Of a stretch of DNA of 64,000 nt, positions 9,868 to 19,245 are shown one piece after another. The position numbers were made by a program, and so were the translations under genes. The notes beneath the pieces are model-generated. The model searched no databases. It saw only the letters and a program-made list of their open reading frames with translations, and was not told the origin of the DNA. Each line of letters starts with the position of its first letter. The stretch's first letter is position 1. The stretch comes from a virus, in IMG/VR virus record IMGVR_UViG_3300020213_000001, one strand, 5' to 3'.

Positions 9868-11703
9868 CTATTTCTTAGATTTATGCCAACTCATTCTGCC
9901 GTTTTTTGTGCGAATGATGTTGATTAGTTGGCGAGAGCCGTTGGGATATTGAATACACATTGTCTGTGTCCAGGAGGATGGTCCAGAATTGTAACTCAAT
10001 TTAAGTGTTGTTGATGTCCCTACTTGATAAACTTGACGCCAAATACCTGCGGTATGGGAGTGTCCAACAGTAGCCTTATGGTAAGCCTTCTCTATACCCC
10101 TCATAGAGCCTTTGCTTCCATTAGCCCCCTTGTCTCCATGGGCACCGTTTTCAACACCATAAACAATGTAGTCTTCGTCTCTGTCCAGCCATTTTACTGA
10201 ATCTGGAGAGTCTATACCTACCATTTCTACAATTAGGTGTTTTAAAACGTCTTTCTTCTCTATGAATTTCTTAACTAGATCAACTGCGTAGTATAGATTT
10301 TCAGCATCGTCTTTCCATCGCCCTTCGTCAATATAACGCTCTAGAGCCTCATCGTGATTGGATTTAACAATTGTAATGTTATCTACCCTGTTAGACCATA
10401 GATTTAGCCATTCGGCGGTTATCTTTGCCTCATACATCATAGAGCTTTTGCCAGCCATAGTGATTTGAGCGCGGGTAGCCTTCTTCGTCTGGTCATGGTG
10501 GTTATTGAATCTACAGTCAAAAATGTCGTGAACGATGATTTCTTTGCAGTTTGCTTTATCTGTAATCTCAGCCAAACACTGGTCAACTTCTAGATCATGT
10601 GAACCTACGTGAGTGTCTCCAAAAACACATACTGATTCGGTTACTTCACTGATTTTTCCATTGGGAGAGTATTTAACGCCTAGGTCAATGAAAGAGCCGT
10701 CTTCCTCTGCCTGAATTTGCCTAAAATGAAAAATATCCCCGTCTTCAATCTCAACTATGATGGCACCTACTAGGTGGTCAAAATCTGCAAGATAAGAAGT
10801 TCTTTGAGACATGTAGAAGTCTGTAGAGTAATCAGAAACAGTAATAGCGCCGGTAGTCATTAACGCTCTAGGAAGTTTTGTGTTGGAGTTGGCTATAAAT
10901 TCAAGATATTGTTTAGGAGAGGCTAGGATCATAGACCCTTTAGCTTGTGCTAGTCTCTGCAAACCTGTTAGAGGATTTATCTGCTTAGCACTTACCTTGA
11001 TACTAGATAGTAAGATGTTATTGTTTAGGTATAAATCTTTAAATGCAAATTCACAATCCTTAAGTCTAGGATCAAGTTCAAAAGAAAAGGAGGATTCTCT
11101 TTTAATAACATCTTCACACGGCTGAATGATGATTAGAGCGTCTCTTTCTTTTTTAAAGGTTTCTAGGCTGTTTAAAAAACCTTCATGTATTTTTTTATTA
11201 TTTACAGCAGTCGTAATAATAAAGGTAGATTTTTCATTAACCTTATTTTTAAGCAAGCTGAATGACTTTTCTGTAAATACAGAATCATTCACTAGTTTAG
11301 AAAAAATCTCTGGATACTCTTCAGAGGCTTCTGTGTATAGATTAGAAAAGTTTACAAAGACTTTGTTGACAGAGCTAGAGCTAAAGCCAAGGTCTTGTAG
11401 AATAGCCTGAGTTGGAGTGATGCCGTATTTAGATACATAGTTTCCGTAAGCCTTTAGGATATCCTGCCTAATATCGGAACTTTCTTCTATCTTTTTGGTT
11501 TCAACTTTAGGGAAAAACAATGCCTTAACAGTTCCGTATCCACCTAGCTCATTAAGCTGCTCTTTATTTAACCTGCTGATTTTATTGTCAATAGCAACTC
11601 TAATATACTCATCACGCTTGATTTCCGATGGTGATAGCTTAAGTACTTCAGAAACTTCTCTCATTGATTTTTTGAATAATTCAATGAGTGCCTTGTTTTT
11701 CAT
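9868..11703 (-). CDS. T5 A1-like metallophosphoesterase/nuclease
   Basis: Calcineurin-like motifs GDTH, HDIFD, SNHD, HGD, GHSH; upstream FIITTAVNN, NPLTG, MTTGAIT, HFRQI as recalled for T5 A1 homologs. Confidence 0.7.
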   Translation of the reverse strand: MKNKALIELFKKSMREVSEVLKLSPSEIKRDEYIRVAIDNKISRLNKEQLNELGGYGTVKALFFPKVETKKIEESSDIRQDILKAYGNYVSKYGITPTQAILQDLGFSSSSVNKVFVNFSNLYTEASEEYPEIFSKLVNDSVFTEKSFSLLKNKVNEKSTFIITTAVNNKKIHEGFLNSLETFKKERDALIIIQPCEDVIKRESSFSFELDPRLKDCEFAFKDLYLNNNILLSSIKVSAKQINPLTGLQRLAQAKGSMILASPKQYLEFIANSNTKLPRALMTTGAITVSDYSTDFYMSQRTSYLADFDHLVGAIIVEIEDGDIFHFRQIQAEEDGSFIDLGVKYSPNGKISEVTESVCVFGDTHVGSHDLEVDQCLAEITDKANCKEIIVHDIFDCRFNNHHDQTKKATRAQITMAGKSSMMYEAKITAEWLNLWSNRVDNITIVKSNHDEALERYIDEGRWKDDAENLYYAVDLVKKFIEKKDVLKHLIVEMVGIDSPDSVKWLDRDEDYIVYGVENGAHGDKGANGSKGSMRGIEKAYHKATVGHSHTAGIWRQVYQVGTSTTLKLSYNSGPSSWTQTMCIQYPNGSRQLINIIRTKNGRMSWHKSKK

Positions 11704-11747
11704 CTATTTCCCTTGAAAAGCTTTATACAAAGATTGCCCTTATTGGG

Positions 11748-12335
11748 TTAATCTTGAGTGACGGCGTTTGGGTTTTTTTCAACACCTTCAGCAATACTAT
11801 ATACTTCCAAGATTTCAAGAGTGGTTCCGTCTGCATTGGTTACCGATTCTCCTGCTTTTTTACCCATAACTGAATGTCGGGCATCTTCAACGATAGCGGT
11901 TACTGCAAACTGAATACGCCCATTGATTACGTTTTTCTCTTCGTCTAGCTCACGGCCTACTACGAAAGAACGCTCCTCAATTTCTCCACTTTCTGACCTA
12001 AGTAGAACTCCGTTTTCTTGAAGGAAGGAAACCTGTGCCTTAAGTTCGTTAATGCTTTCTTCCACTAGGAGATTGTCGATCATTTCACCCTTCATTTGTC
12101 CTTGCTCACCAGCTTGAATTGTTGCATTTAGACGCTTGGCCAACGCCCTAAGTGTCTGTTTTAGCTCGTAAGAAGACTGCCTTAGCTCTTCGATTTCTTT
12201 CTTAAGCAAGTCAATGCTGTTGGCTAGAAATTTAGCGTTATGTGTTGACCTATCGTTAATCTGCAGCACAGCGTCTTCTAGACCTTCAATACGTTGGGCT
12301 GCGGTTAGTTTCTTGGCATTCTTGTCGGTTGTCAT
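11748..12335 (-). CDS. coiled-coil protein with GreA/GreB-like C-terminal domain
   Basis: Long N-terminal coiled coil; C-terminal SVMGKKAGESV...LEILEVY. Confidence 0.45.
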   Translation of the reverse strand: MTTDKNAKKLTAAQRIEGLEDAVLQINDRSTHNAKFLANSIDLLKKEIEELRQSSYELKQTLRALAKRLNATIQAGEQGQMKGEMIDNLLVEESINELKAQVSFLQENGVLLRSESGEIEERSFVVGRELDEEKNVINGRIQFAVTAIVEDARHSVMGKKAGESVTNADGTTLEILEVYSIAEGVEKNPNAVTQD

Positions 12336-12342
12336 GGGACTC

Positions 12343-13287
12343 CTATTTGGTTAACATTGTTGATAGAATATTACCTAAAGCTGTATTCGAGTTACTATCG
12401 CCTCTGGATTGCGTAGACGGGGCACCTGAAACCCCTGTATAGGGTTGAATAGGAACATACCCGGGAGGCCTTTTCTTATTATTCATGGATACAATATCGG
12501 CCGCAGATAGGTTCTTTTCCTGCTCTCTCTGTACTTCTCTACGTTTTTCTCGTTTAATATCTTCCTTGGCCAACTCAATCGCTTCATCATCTGAGATTTC
12601 ATTAGACTTGAACTTACGCTTAATTCCATCTGTTTTTGGTGGTTTAGAGACTGGACTGCTTTTTACCTGTTTTTTCTCAAAAACTTTTTTATTTACCGGC
12701 TCTTTGCTCTTAGAGGGCTTAAATGGCTGAAACTCTTCTTCTTCGTCTTCCTGATCAAGCGCCTGAAGTCCCTGTTCTTCTTCAAACTCCTGTTCCTCGT
12801 CTTCTTCTGAAACCCTTAGCTGCTTAGTAGGTGCATTTAAAGATGCTCCCTTAGTTCCCTTAATAGACAGAGCTTTTAGGAATTCTACCTCTACATCATT
12901 GAATTGGGCTTCTACTGCTACTTTTTTAAGCGTTTCTGTCTTTTCTTTCTTAAGACCGAGTAGAATCTCAAGCCTTTGAACTATATAGCTTTTAAGCTCA
13001 TTCTGAACAGCCTGAATAGCCTTAGGATTAGCCTTAACCCCTTTAAACAGGTCATGCTTAATCAACATGTCATATAGCCTGGCTTGCTCTAGGCGAAGCA
13101 TTGCGCTATTAACTACGCTAGACTCACGGCTATCTAGGTCGTATACGGATTTCTTGCTAGAAGAAGGCTTATATACCTTTTCTTCCTCCTCAACCTCGTA
13201 TTCATCTAGTTCGTCAAGAATCTTCTGAGCACTATCCTCAACCCCATCTTCTTCGTTTTCTTTATTCCAAAATGTTTTATTACTCAT
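12343..13287 (-). CDS. hypothetical acidic/basic protein
   Basis: 314-aa ORF with upstream promoter motif and RBS. Confidence 0.75.
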   Translation of the reverse strand: MSNKTFWNKENEEDGVEDSAQKILDELDEYEVEEEEKVYKPSSSKKSVYDLDSRESSVVNSAMLRLEQARLYDMLIKHDLFKGVKANPKAIQAVQNELKSYIVQRLEILLGLKKEKTETLKKVAVEAQFNDVEVEFLKALSIKGTKGASLNAPTKQLRVSEEDEEQEFEEEQGLQALDQEDEEEEFQPFKPSKSKEPVNKKVFEKKQVKSSPVSKPPKTDGIKRKFKSNEISDDEAIELAKEDIKREKRREVQREQEKNLSAADIVSMNNKKRPPGYVPIQPYTGVSGAPSTQSRGDSNSNTALGNILSTMLTK

Positions 13288-13302
13288 AAATGCCCCTTAA
13301 AA

Positions 13303-13313
13303 TATAATACCAC
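13303..13313 (-). promoter_or_regulatory. extended -10-like promoter motif GTGGTATTATA (representative of 13 copies)
   Basis: Copies or variants at 8161, 9806, 13303, 16854, 19176, 20318, 24745, 26249, 28609, 32824, 36590, 43800 (minus) and 48612 (plus), each just upstream of a gene start. Confidence 0.8.
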
Positions 13314-13314
13314 G

Positions 13315-15228
13315 TTATTTAATCGGGCAAACACCAGATGCACACTCGTCTATTCCTGAGACATCTTCTTCTTTAAACGAGACATCTGAAATAGGAGTGA
13401 TAGCCGCCGTTAGAGCATCAAACTGCTCTTTGGTGATCTCCTCTAGGGGAGCCTGTTGAAAACCATGGTCAGAATGAAGCAAAAACGATACTGACTTGAT
13501 GTTTTCGTTGTAATTATCAGAAAGCCACTGCCTTATTTTGCCTAGTTCTTCTTTTTTGTAGTAGACAGTGACCGATACTGCGTTGTCAGACCACTCCGTT
13601 TGAAGGCGCTTGACTACTTCAAGCTGATCAATGGCGGTCATATCCTTTACCAATGTAGTTCCTTCAGGAAAAGAGCACGGGAAGGATACTATTTGTGTGT
13701 TTTTATCGTCAGTTCCGTCAAAATTCCTTTGAAATTCAATAGGATATCCGTTTTTTTTGCAGATTTCAATCAGAGGGCTATTGGAGGCAATACGAATACG
13801 ACGCAAATGGTATTGAGAAAAACCACCATGGGCACCTGGGGTAACTCCAGGAAGCAAACTCATAGAGCCGCTAGGCTTAATAGTTGATAGCTTAATTGAC
13901 TCAGGAAAACCATGGGCTTTGCTGTATTCTTTGTCATACTGCCTGAGGGCCGGGTAAAGCTGTTTAAGCCACAGCTTTTTTTCTTCAGGACATTGTAGAT
14001 AGCCAGTTACACCGATACCCATGCGCATGTTTTTATGAACAATCTCTTCCGTCTCTTTTAGATGGCAGGGAAGACGTAGGGAGTGTTTATTGATGCGATA
14101 CAGAAGTTTTGTTACTTTTTCAAGCTCTTCATAAGATTCTATGTTTGGCAAGAAAATTTCAGCCAAGCAGCAAGTCTCTTTATCGACTAAGCTTTGTTCG
14201 CCACAGGGATTGAAACCGGCTACTTCGTAGTCTGTGTATTGAATTTCATTAACCCTGCCCATACGACGAGCGTTGTTTAGATTGATAAGCCCATAAGGCT
14301 CTCCATTCCCCTGATATCCTTCCCAAAAATAATCTGGAAGCCTTGAAAAGTCGTTGCAAACAACAGAGTTATTAGACATAGCACGCCAAGACGGTATATT
14401 CCCCAAGTCCCATCGTTTAGCGTTTAGAAACTGAAGGTCGTCCATGTCTCCTATGGCTATTTGAGCACTGCGCCTTACGTTTCCGGCCACCACTATAAAG
14501 CCAATGATATTCATAATATCCAGGCAGTCAATTGGACGTAGTTTTTTACCAGCGCGGGTATTCAGAACCTTGCTAATTTCGTTCATTCCCCAACAAAGCT
14601 CTTCAGGACCGGCGGCAGTACCGCCAAACCCCTTAATTGGAGTACCTTTGCCTCTAATACAAATAGTAGAATAGCTAAACCCTTTTCCTGTAACAAAGTG
14701 AGACTCTAAAACCCTTTGTAAGAGATCAACCCATCCTTGGCGACTATCTGGAACGATAAGATCGGCGTCCTTAGTGTCTTGGCGAATTATCTTAGCCTTT
14801 TTAGGCTTGGGGATTTCGTAAACATACTCTTTTTGAATGTTATAGCCCACTCCAGAGCCTAGCATTAGTGCATCCATAGTCCAGGTAAATGGTCGAATAG
14901 GCTCGTTTACAATAACAAAAGCACAGTTTTGTAGGCTTAGAAGACCTAGCTTGTCTACGGTTTTAGTTCCAAGCTGCCACAAAAATCTACCGGCAACGGT
15001 TCCCTTCAGGGTAAGCATAGTGTTTCGTAGATCTTCCTCTTCTTGTTCGGTAAACCCTACCTTAAGTTGTTTGTTGCAGGCTTTAACAACACGATCCACT
15101 GTTTCTGGAAACTCTTCAGTGCGTGAATTAGCGTCAGTTTCACTAATACGACGTGCATAGGTGCGTTTATAGACGATATATCCGACAGTTCCCCATGGAG
15201 TTTTGATGCCAGACTTAGTATTATCCAT
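13315..15228 (-). CDS. nrdJ: class II (adenosylcobalamin-dependent) ribonucleotide reductase
   Basis: YKRTYAR, LQNCAF, VAGNVRRSAQI, NPCGEQ, TIKPSG, C-terminal CASGVCPIK; no beta subunit nearby. Confidence 0.93.
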   Translation of the reverse strand: MDNTKSGIKTPWGTVGYIVYKRTYARRISETDANSRTEEFPETVDRVVKACNKQLKVGFTEQEEEDLRNTMLTLKGTVAGRFLWQLGTKTVDKLGLLSLQNCAFVIVNEPIRPFTWTMDALMLGSGVGYNIQKEYVYEIPKPKKAKIIRQDTKDADLIVPDSRQGWVDLLQRVLESHFVTGKGFSYSTICIRGKGTPIKGFGGTAAGPEELCWGMNEISKVLNTRAGKKLRPIDCLDIMNIIGFIVVAGNVRRSAQIAIGDMDDLQFLNAKRWDLGNIPSWRAMSNNSVVCNDFSRLPDYFWEGYQGNGEPYGLINLNNARRMGRVNEIQYTDYEVAGFNPCGEQSLVDKETCCLAEIFLPNIESYEELEKVTKLLYRINKHSLRLPCHLKETEEIVHKNMRMGIGVTGYLQCPEEKKLWLKQLYPALRQYDKEYSKAHGFPESIKLSTIKPSGSMSLLPGVTPGAHGGFSQYHLRRIRIASNSPLIEICKKNGYPIEFQRNFDGTDDKNTQIVSFPCSFPEGTTLVKDMTAIDQLEVVKRLQTEWSDNAVSVTVYYKKEELGKIRQWLSDNYNENIKSVSFLLHSDHGFQQAPLEEITKEQFDALTAAITPISDVSFKEEDVSGIDECASGVCPIK

Positions 15229-15932
15229 TATCTTTTACCTTTCTTTAATAGTTTTAATAGTTTTAACGACTTACGTTCTTCTTTAGCTGCTTCTTCAATT
15301 CTTTTCTGTTCTAAATACTTAGTATACTCTTTTTCAAACATTGCATTATGTTTATTAATAAAATCAATATCAGAAGGGTCAACAACGTCGTATTCTGATT
15401 TATCTAATACAAAATCCCAGCACTCTACGTTATTTTTTTCAGCCAATTCCTTCCATTTTGCTCTAATAAACTTTTCTTGATTAGATTTTTTACCGTGGCA
15501 GCTTGCCTTACCCTTCTCTAAAAGCTTCTTAGGAGTTGAACAAAGCACCTGTAGGTTGTTTAACCTGCAGAAAATACGTCTAGCCTTACAGTCTAAAGAC
15601 ATGTCAGAGTCCCTCATCCAGGTCGGACAAACGGGGTTTTTGTGGTCTACCTGTACATTTTTTTGACTAAATAACTCACCGCAGTCTGCGCACTTATATC
15701 TGACCTGGTTTTTCTTACCTGTGGAGCCGTCTTTAAGAGTCTTTGGAGGAAGTTCTACCCTACCATCCTGGATGCATTTTTTAAAATCGGGATGAAGCCT
15801 ATAGCACCTACGCAAAGCACCTGTCCATCGCCCCTTTTCCTCTACCCACCGGCCGTTTTCATCATAAAGCGGTGCTTCCTTCTTCTTACTCTTGCCCATC
15901 TCTATACCCTGGCTCAAATCCTTCTTTTTCAT
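15228..15932 (-). CDS. HNH endonuclease-like protein
   Basis: YKCADC...VQVDHKNPV...NLQVLC...CHGKKS. Confidence 0.8.
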   Translation of the reverse strand: MKKKDLSQGIEMGKSKKKEAPLYDENGRWVEEKGRWTGALRRCYRLHPDFKKCIQDGRVELPPKTLKDGSTGKKNQVRYKCADCGELFSQKNVQVDHKNPVCPTWMRDSDMSLDCKARRIFCRLNNLQVLCSTPKKLLEKGKASCHGKKSNQEKFIRAKWKELAEKNNVECWDFVLDKSEYDVVDPSDIDFINKHNAMFEKEYTKYLEQKRIEEAAKEERKSLKLLKLLKKGKR

Positions 15933-16389
15933 TGATTAGGATATTCAAATAGGCAATTTTCAGGTTAAGTACGTTTTTAGCTTCAGTAAAGGGGCCCTTT
16001 AGGAGCTTAACCTCATCAGAGGCGTCTTTTACGGATTGATTGTCACTCATTCTGATTTTTTGATCTTCAGAGGCCAATGTATTAGTTACCATGTGGTTTT
16101 CAAGGTCCTCAGTACAAACACCGTCGTCTACGAATCTTTTAAGCTGTTTAATTTTATCCTTATGCTCTTTAATCTTATCTGTGAAGGGCTTTTTAGCCCC
16201 CTTAAGCCTAATCTCTGCGTCTTCGATTTCCCTACATGTCTTAACACTTGCTAGTGTTTCTTGGAGGTATTTTGAGTACATTAGAACGTTTTTACGTAGA
16301 TCAGCAACACTCAGTCCTTGAACTGAATCGTAAAAAACTGTATGTTTTTCCTGAATAGTATCCTTAATTTTACCTACTTTTTCTGACAT
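15886..16389 (-). CDS. hypothetical helical protein with internal duplication
   Basis: Two ~62-aa units (..DA......K.PFT...). Confidence 0.75.
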   Translation of the reverse strand: MSEKVGKIKDTIQEKHTVFYDSVQGLSVADLRKNVLMYSKYLQETLASVKTCREIEDAEIRLKGAKKPFTDKIKEHKDKIKQLKRFVDDGVCTEDLENHMVTNTLASEDQKIRMSDNQSVKDASDEVKLLKGPFTEAKNVLNLKIAYLNILINEKEGFEPGYRDGQE

Positions 16390-16401
16390 GGCTACTCCCC
16401 T

Positions 16402-16494
16402 CTATCGTTGTAAAAAATATAGAACTGCTAACAATGCTGTTAAAATAATTAAAATAGTATCAGTAGTAGTGTGATTTAAAAAGTATCCGATCAC
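16402..16494 (-). CDS. putative 30-aa single-TM microprotein
   Basis: MIGYFLNHTTTDTILIILTALLAVLYFLQR; GTG start overlaps the upstream TGA and the ORF fills the gap. Confidence 0.5.
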   Translation of the reverse strand: MIGYFLNHTTTDTILIILTALLAVLYFLQR

Positions 16495-16838
16495 GAATCT
16501 TCTCGGAAATCAAAACGAGGTAGTTTTTTAAAACACTCTTTATGGTTTAAATGCCTTACGGTTTCTTCAATTACACATAGATTGGCCTGTTCGTTCTGAT
16601 TAACCCTCTTTCTTTTGTCTCCTAAAAACATAGGGAAAGACTTGTTAGAAAAAAGTGTTTTTGCACAATTCACTATAGATTGTAAGTCATACCAATCCAT
16701 CATGTAGTCTGACTGGCTAATATGAGCGTATTTGTCTATAAGGTTTTTAAGAGTTTTTTGCTTATCGTTTGTATTTTGATTCTCAATTTGTTTAAAAAAA
16801 TTGATAATATCGGTGTCAATTTCATCTTTTACGCCCAT
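16491..16838 (-). CDS. hypothetical protein
   Basis: GGAG RBS and promoter motif upstream. Confidence 0.75.
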   Translation of the reverse strand: MGVKDEIDTDIINFFKQIENQNTNDKQKTLKNLIDKYAHISQSDYMMDWYDLQSIVNCAKTLFSNKSFPMFLGDKRKRVNQNEQANLCVIEETVRHLNHKECFKKLPRFDFREDS

Positions 16839-16865
16839 TTTCTCTCCATATAGTATAATACCACG

Positions 16866-18917
16866 CTATAAGACTACAGACTCTTCTCCAGTGCGCCCTA
16901 CGATAATTTTTTCTGTGATCATTTCGTTTATAATAGGATTATGGTCTACTATTATTATTCTCTTGTTAGAATCGATCTGCTTCAAAATCTCAAGACACTG
17001 GGTGATGCAAACCTCTTCAAGTCCATTAAAAGGCTCGTCCATGATGAAGAAGTCAACACCCTTACCAGTCTTGTCTTCAATCATGTCTATAACGGAAAGG
17101 TCTACGGCCATGTCTAGGGCTGTTCTTTCACCGCCTGAAAGTGTCTTGATGTTGATATCAGCGTAACCGTCTAGATTTACTATAGCGTTTACCTCATCTT
17201 TGATGCTTCCGCTTTGATTTTCACGACATCCTTCAAAGAATATTGTAGCGTTATGCATGTTTGGGATAGAGGAAAGCATATCAGTAGCGCGGGAGCCGAT
17301 ATAATCTAGCGTGTCCTGGAAAATCTGAAGGGTGTAGGATTTGATTAGTCTTTTAGATTCTTCAGCAATTGCTTGAGACTTTACACTGTTTTCTAAACTA
17401 GTGTTTAGACTGTCAAGTTCAGACTGTTTGGTGTTGATAAGAGCATTCAGGCTATCAATACGTGTCTTATAAGACTTTAGGCTTAATGCATAGGCGGCCA
17501 TTTGCTGTTTATTTGCCAAAAAATTAGACCTAGTCTCTACAAGACTGACATTTAGGCTGTTTAGTTTATCGGAGTAGGTGCGCTGGATAGAGTTAATACA
17601 CTCATCGTACTGGTTTAATTCTTTAAGATAGTTGTTTTCCAACTCTACCGCCATGTTTCTATACAGGGCGTTTTTTTGAGCTATTTCTTGATTTATCAGT
17701 TCTATCTGTTTATCGAAAACTTCTAGTGACGAATTTTGCTCTATACTTAACAAGGAGGACTTGTGCTCTTCCAGAGATGCTTTTAATAGCTCTTCTCCGT
17801 CTATGATTGCTTTGTTTTCAATAACTTCAGTCTTTAATGATGAAATAGCAGCGTTAATATGCTCTATTTTGGCCTGTCCAGTCACCCAGGACTGGTTACA
17901 GGTGGGGCACAGTCCTGACTCAATCTGAGTCCTTTCTGACATAAGAAGTTTTATTTTACTAACCCGCCCTGTCATTTCTGATCTTGCGTAAGACACCTTC
18001 CCTATGTCTTGTCTTGTCTTGTCTATTTTAGATTGAATTTCTTTTCTTGAAAGATTTAGAGAGGCTATGGCATTGTTTTTACTCTGTTTAATTACCTCAA
18101 GCTTTAAAGAAGACTCCGCATCTTTCTCTTGGGCTTCAACCTTCTGCCTTAGTGGTTTAACAATAGAACCAACCTTGCTGTTTTTTTCAAGATTTACACC
18201 ACGAATATCAGATTCAAGATTAGATATTTGGACTTCCATAGCATCAATATCGGACTGGTTAAAGTCAAATGGAACTTCGAATGAGGGGTCTTGCTCCACA
18301 TTCTTCATTGTTTTAAGGTCTTCCAGGTGTTTAGATGTGGAAACAACAAGCGGGGCTGCTGCGGAAACCCTTGAATTCAAAAGTTTTAAGTTGTCGTCAA
18401 TTTTAGAAACGTCACTGATTAGCGATTCTAGATTGAGAGCTTTCATTAGAAACTCATAGCTTTCTTTAGCCGTCAGGTTTAGGAAAAACCCAGGATCTTT
18501 CTGCTTTTTGTGGATGGTCTTTTTAAATAGTTTGGTGGGAATGCCGATAATCTGCTCTAGCCTTTCTTCAGCTAGTTTAATGTTGCCAGAAATCTCTTCA
18601 TCGCCGTGTTTTAGATAGAAACCGTCTTTTTTAGAGCGTTTTAGCACCAAAACAGTCCCATCTACGTCAAACTCACCTTCAACATATATGCTGTTCTTAG
18701 TAAGTCTTGACTGCAGGGCGGTAGTTGGAGTATCATTAATGCCCAATAGATAATCAATAGCGTTAAAAATAGTTGATTTAGATGCTCCAGAAGAGCCGCC
18801 GGTATTGTTGTTGACGCCTTTTATCTGAATTAGATTTCCAAATCCGGTAAAATCAATAGTTTGTTCGGTAACAAACCTGCCTATATTACAGAACGTAATA
18901 TTTTTAAACCTTAGCAT
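16866..18917 (-). CDS. SbcC/Rad50 (gp46-like) ATPase
   Basis: Variant Walker A GSSGASKS, coiled coil with CPTC hook, LSGGE signature, FIMDEPF, IVDH. Confidence 0.92.
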   Translation of the reverse strand: MLRFKNITFCNIGRFVTEQTIDFTGFGNLIQIKGVNNNTGGSSGASKSTIFNAIDYLLGINDTPTTALQSRLTKNSIYVEGEFDVDGTVLVLKRSKKDGFYLKHGDEEISGNIKLAEERLEQIIGIPTKLFKKTIHKKQKDPGFFLNLTAKESYEFLMKALNLESLISDVSKIDDNLKLLNSRVSAAAPLVVSTSKHLEDLKTMKNVEQDPSFEVPFDFNQSDIDAMEVQISNLESDIRGVNLEKNSKVGSIVKPLRQKVEAQEKDAESSLKLEVIKQSKNNAIASLNLSRKEIQSKIDKTRQDIGKVSYARSEMTGRVSKIKLLMSERTQIESGLCPTCNQSWVTGQAKIEHINAAISSLKTEVIENKAIIDGEELLKASLEEHKSSLLSIEQNSSLEVFDKQIELINQEIAQKNALYRNMAVELENNYLKELNQYDECINSIQRTYSDKLNSLNVSLVETRSNFLANKQQMAAYALSLKSYKTRIDSLNALINTKQSELDSLNTSLENSVKSQAIAEESKRLIKSYTLQIFQDTLDYIGSRATDMLSSIPNMHNATIFFEGCRENQSGSIKDEVNAIVNLDGYADINIKTLSGGERTALDMAVDLSVIDMIEDKTGKGVDFFIMDEPFNGLEEVCITQCLEILKQIDSNKRIIIVDHNPIINEMITEKIIVGRTGEESVVL

Positions 18918-19160
18918 TTAGCGATTCCCTTTATTCCGCTCTTTCTCCAGAACGTGGCTTGATATTTCAACTTTCCTAGACATAAGGCCGTTATCTATAA
19001 TCTGAGTAGATTTGGTACTAGGAGCGCCTAGCTGTCGCTCTAGTTTGCCGATTGAGCACTGGCCGCAGTCAATATAAGGAACGATATCCTTAGAGGTTTT
19101 GAAGTATTTTTCTATACAGTTATCACAGTCGCTATTGTTACAAGAGTATTTAATCATCAT
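18918..19160 (-). CDS. FmdB-like Zn-ribbon protein
   Basis: YSCNNSDC...CGQC...LERQLGAP. Confidence 0.6.
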   Translation of the reverse strand: MMIKYSCNNSDCDNCIEKYFKTSKDIVPYIDCGQCSIGKLERQLGAPSTKSTQIIDNGLMSRKVEISSHVLEKERNKGNR

Positions 19161-19186
19161 ATATCACCTCTAGATTATTATACCAC

Positions 19187-19218
19187 AAAAATAAAAAGCC
19201 CGACAGAAAGTCGGGCTT
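19187..19218 (-). terminator. intrinsic terminator downstream of the ClpP-like gene
   Basis: 9-bp stem AAGCCCGAC/GTCGGGCTT followed by a T-run on the minus strand. Confidence 0.8.
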
Positions 19219-19245
19219 AAAAAGATAATTCTTTTTATTGATTTA

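Noticed and set aside
15228-15932. HNH gene as an intron-borne mobile element
   Set aside because: Free-standing and coupled to its neighbours; nrdJ is not interrupted
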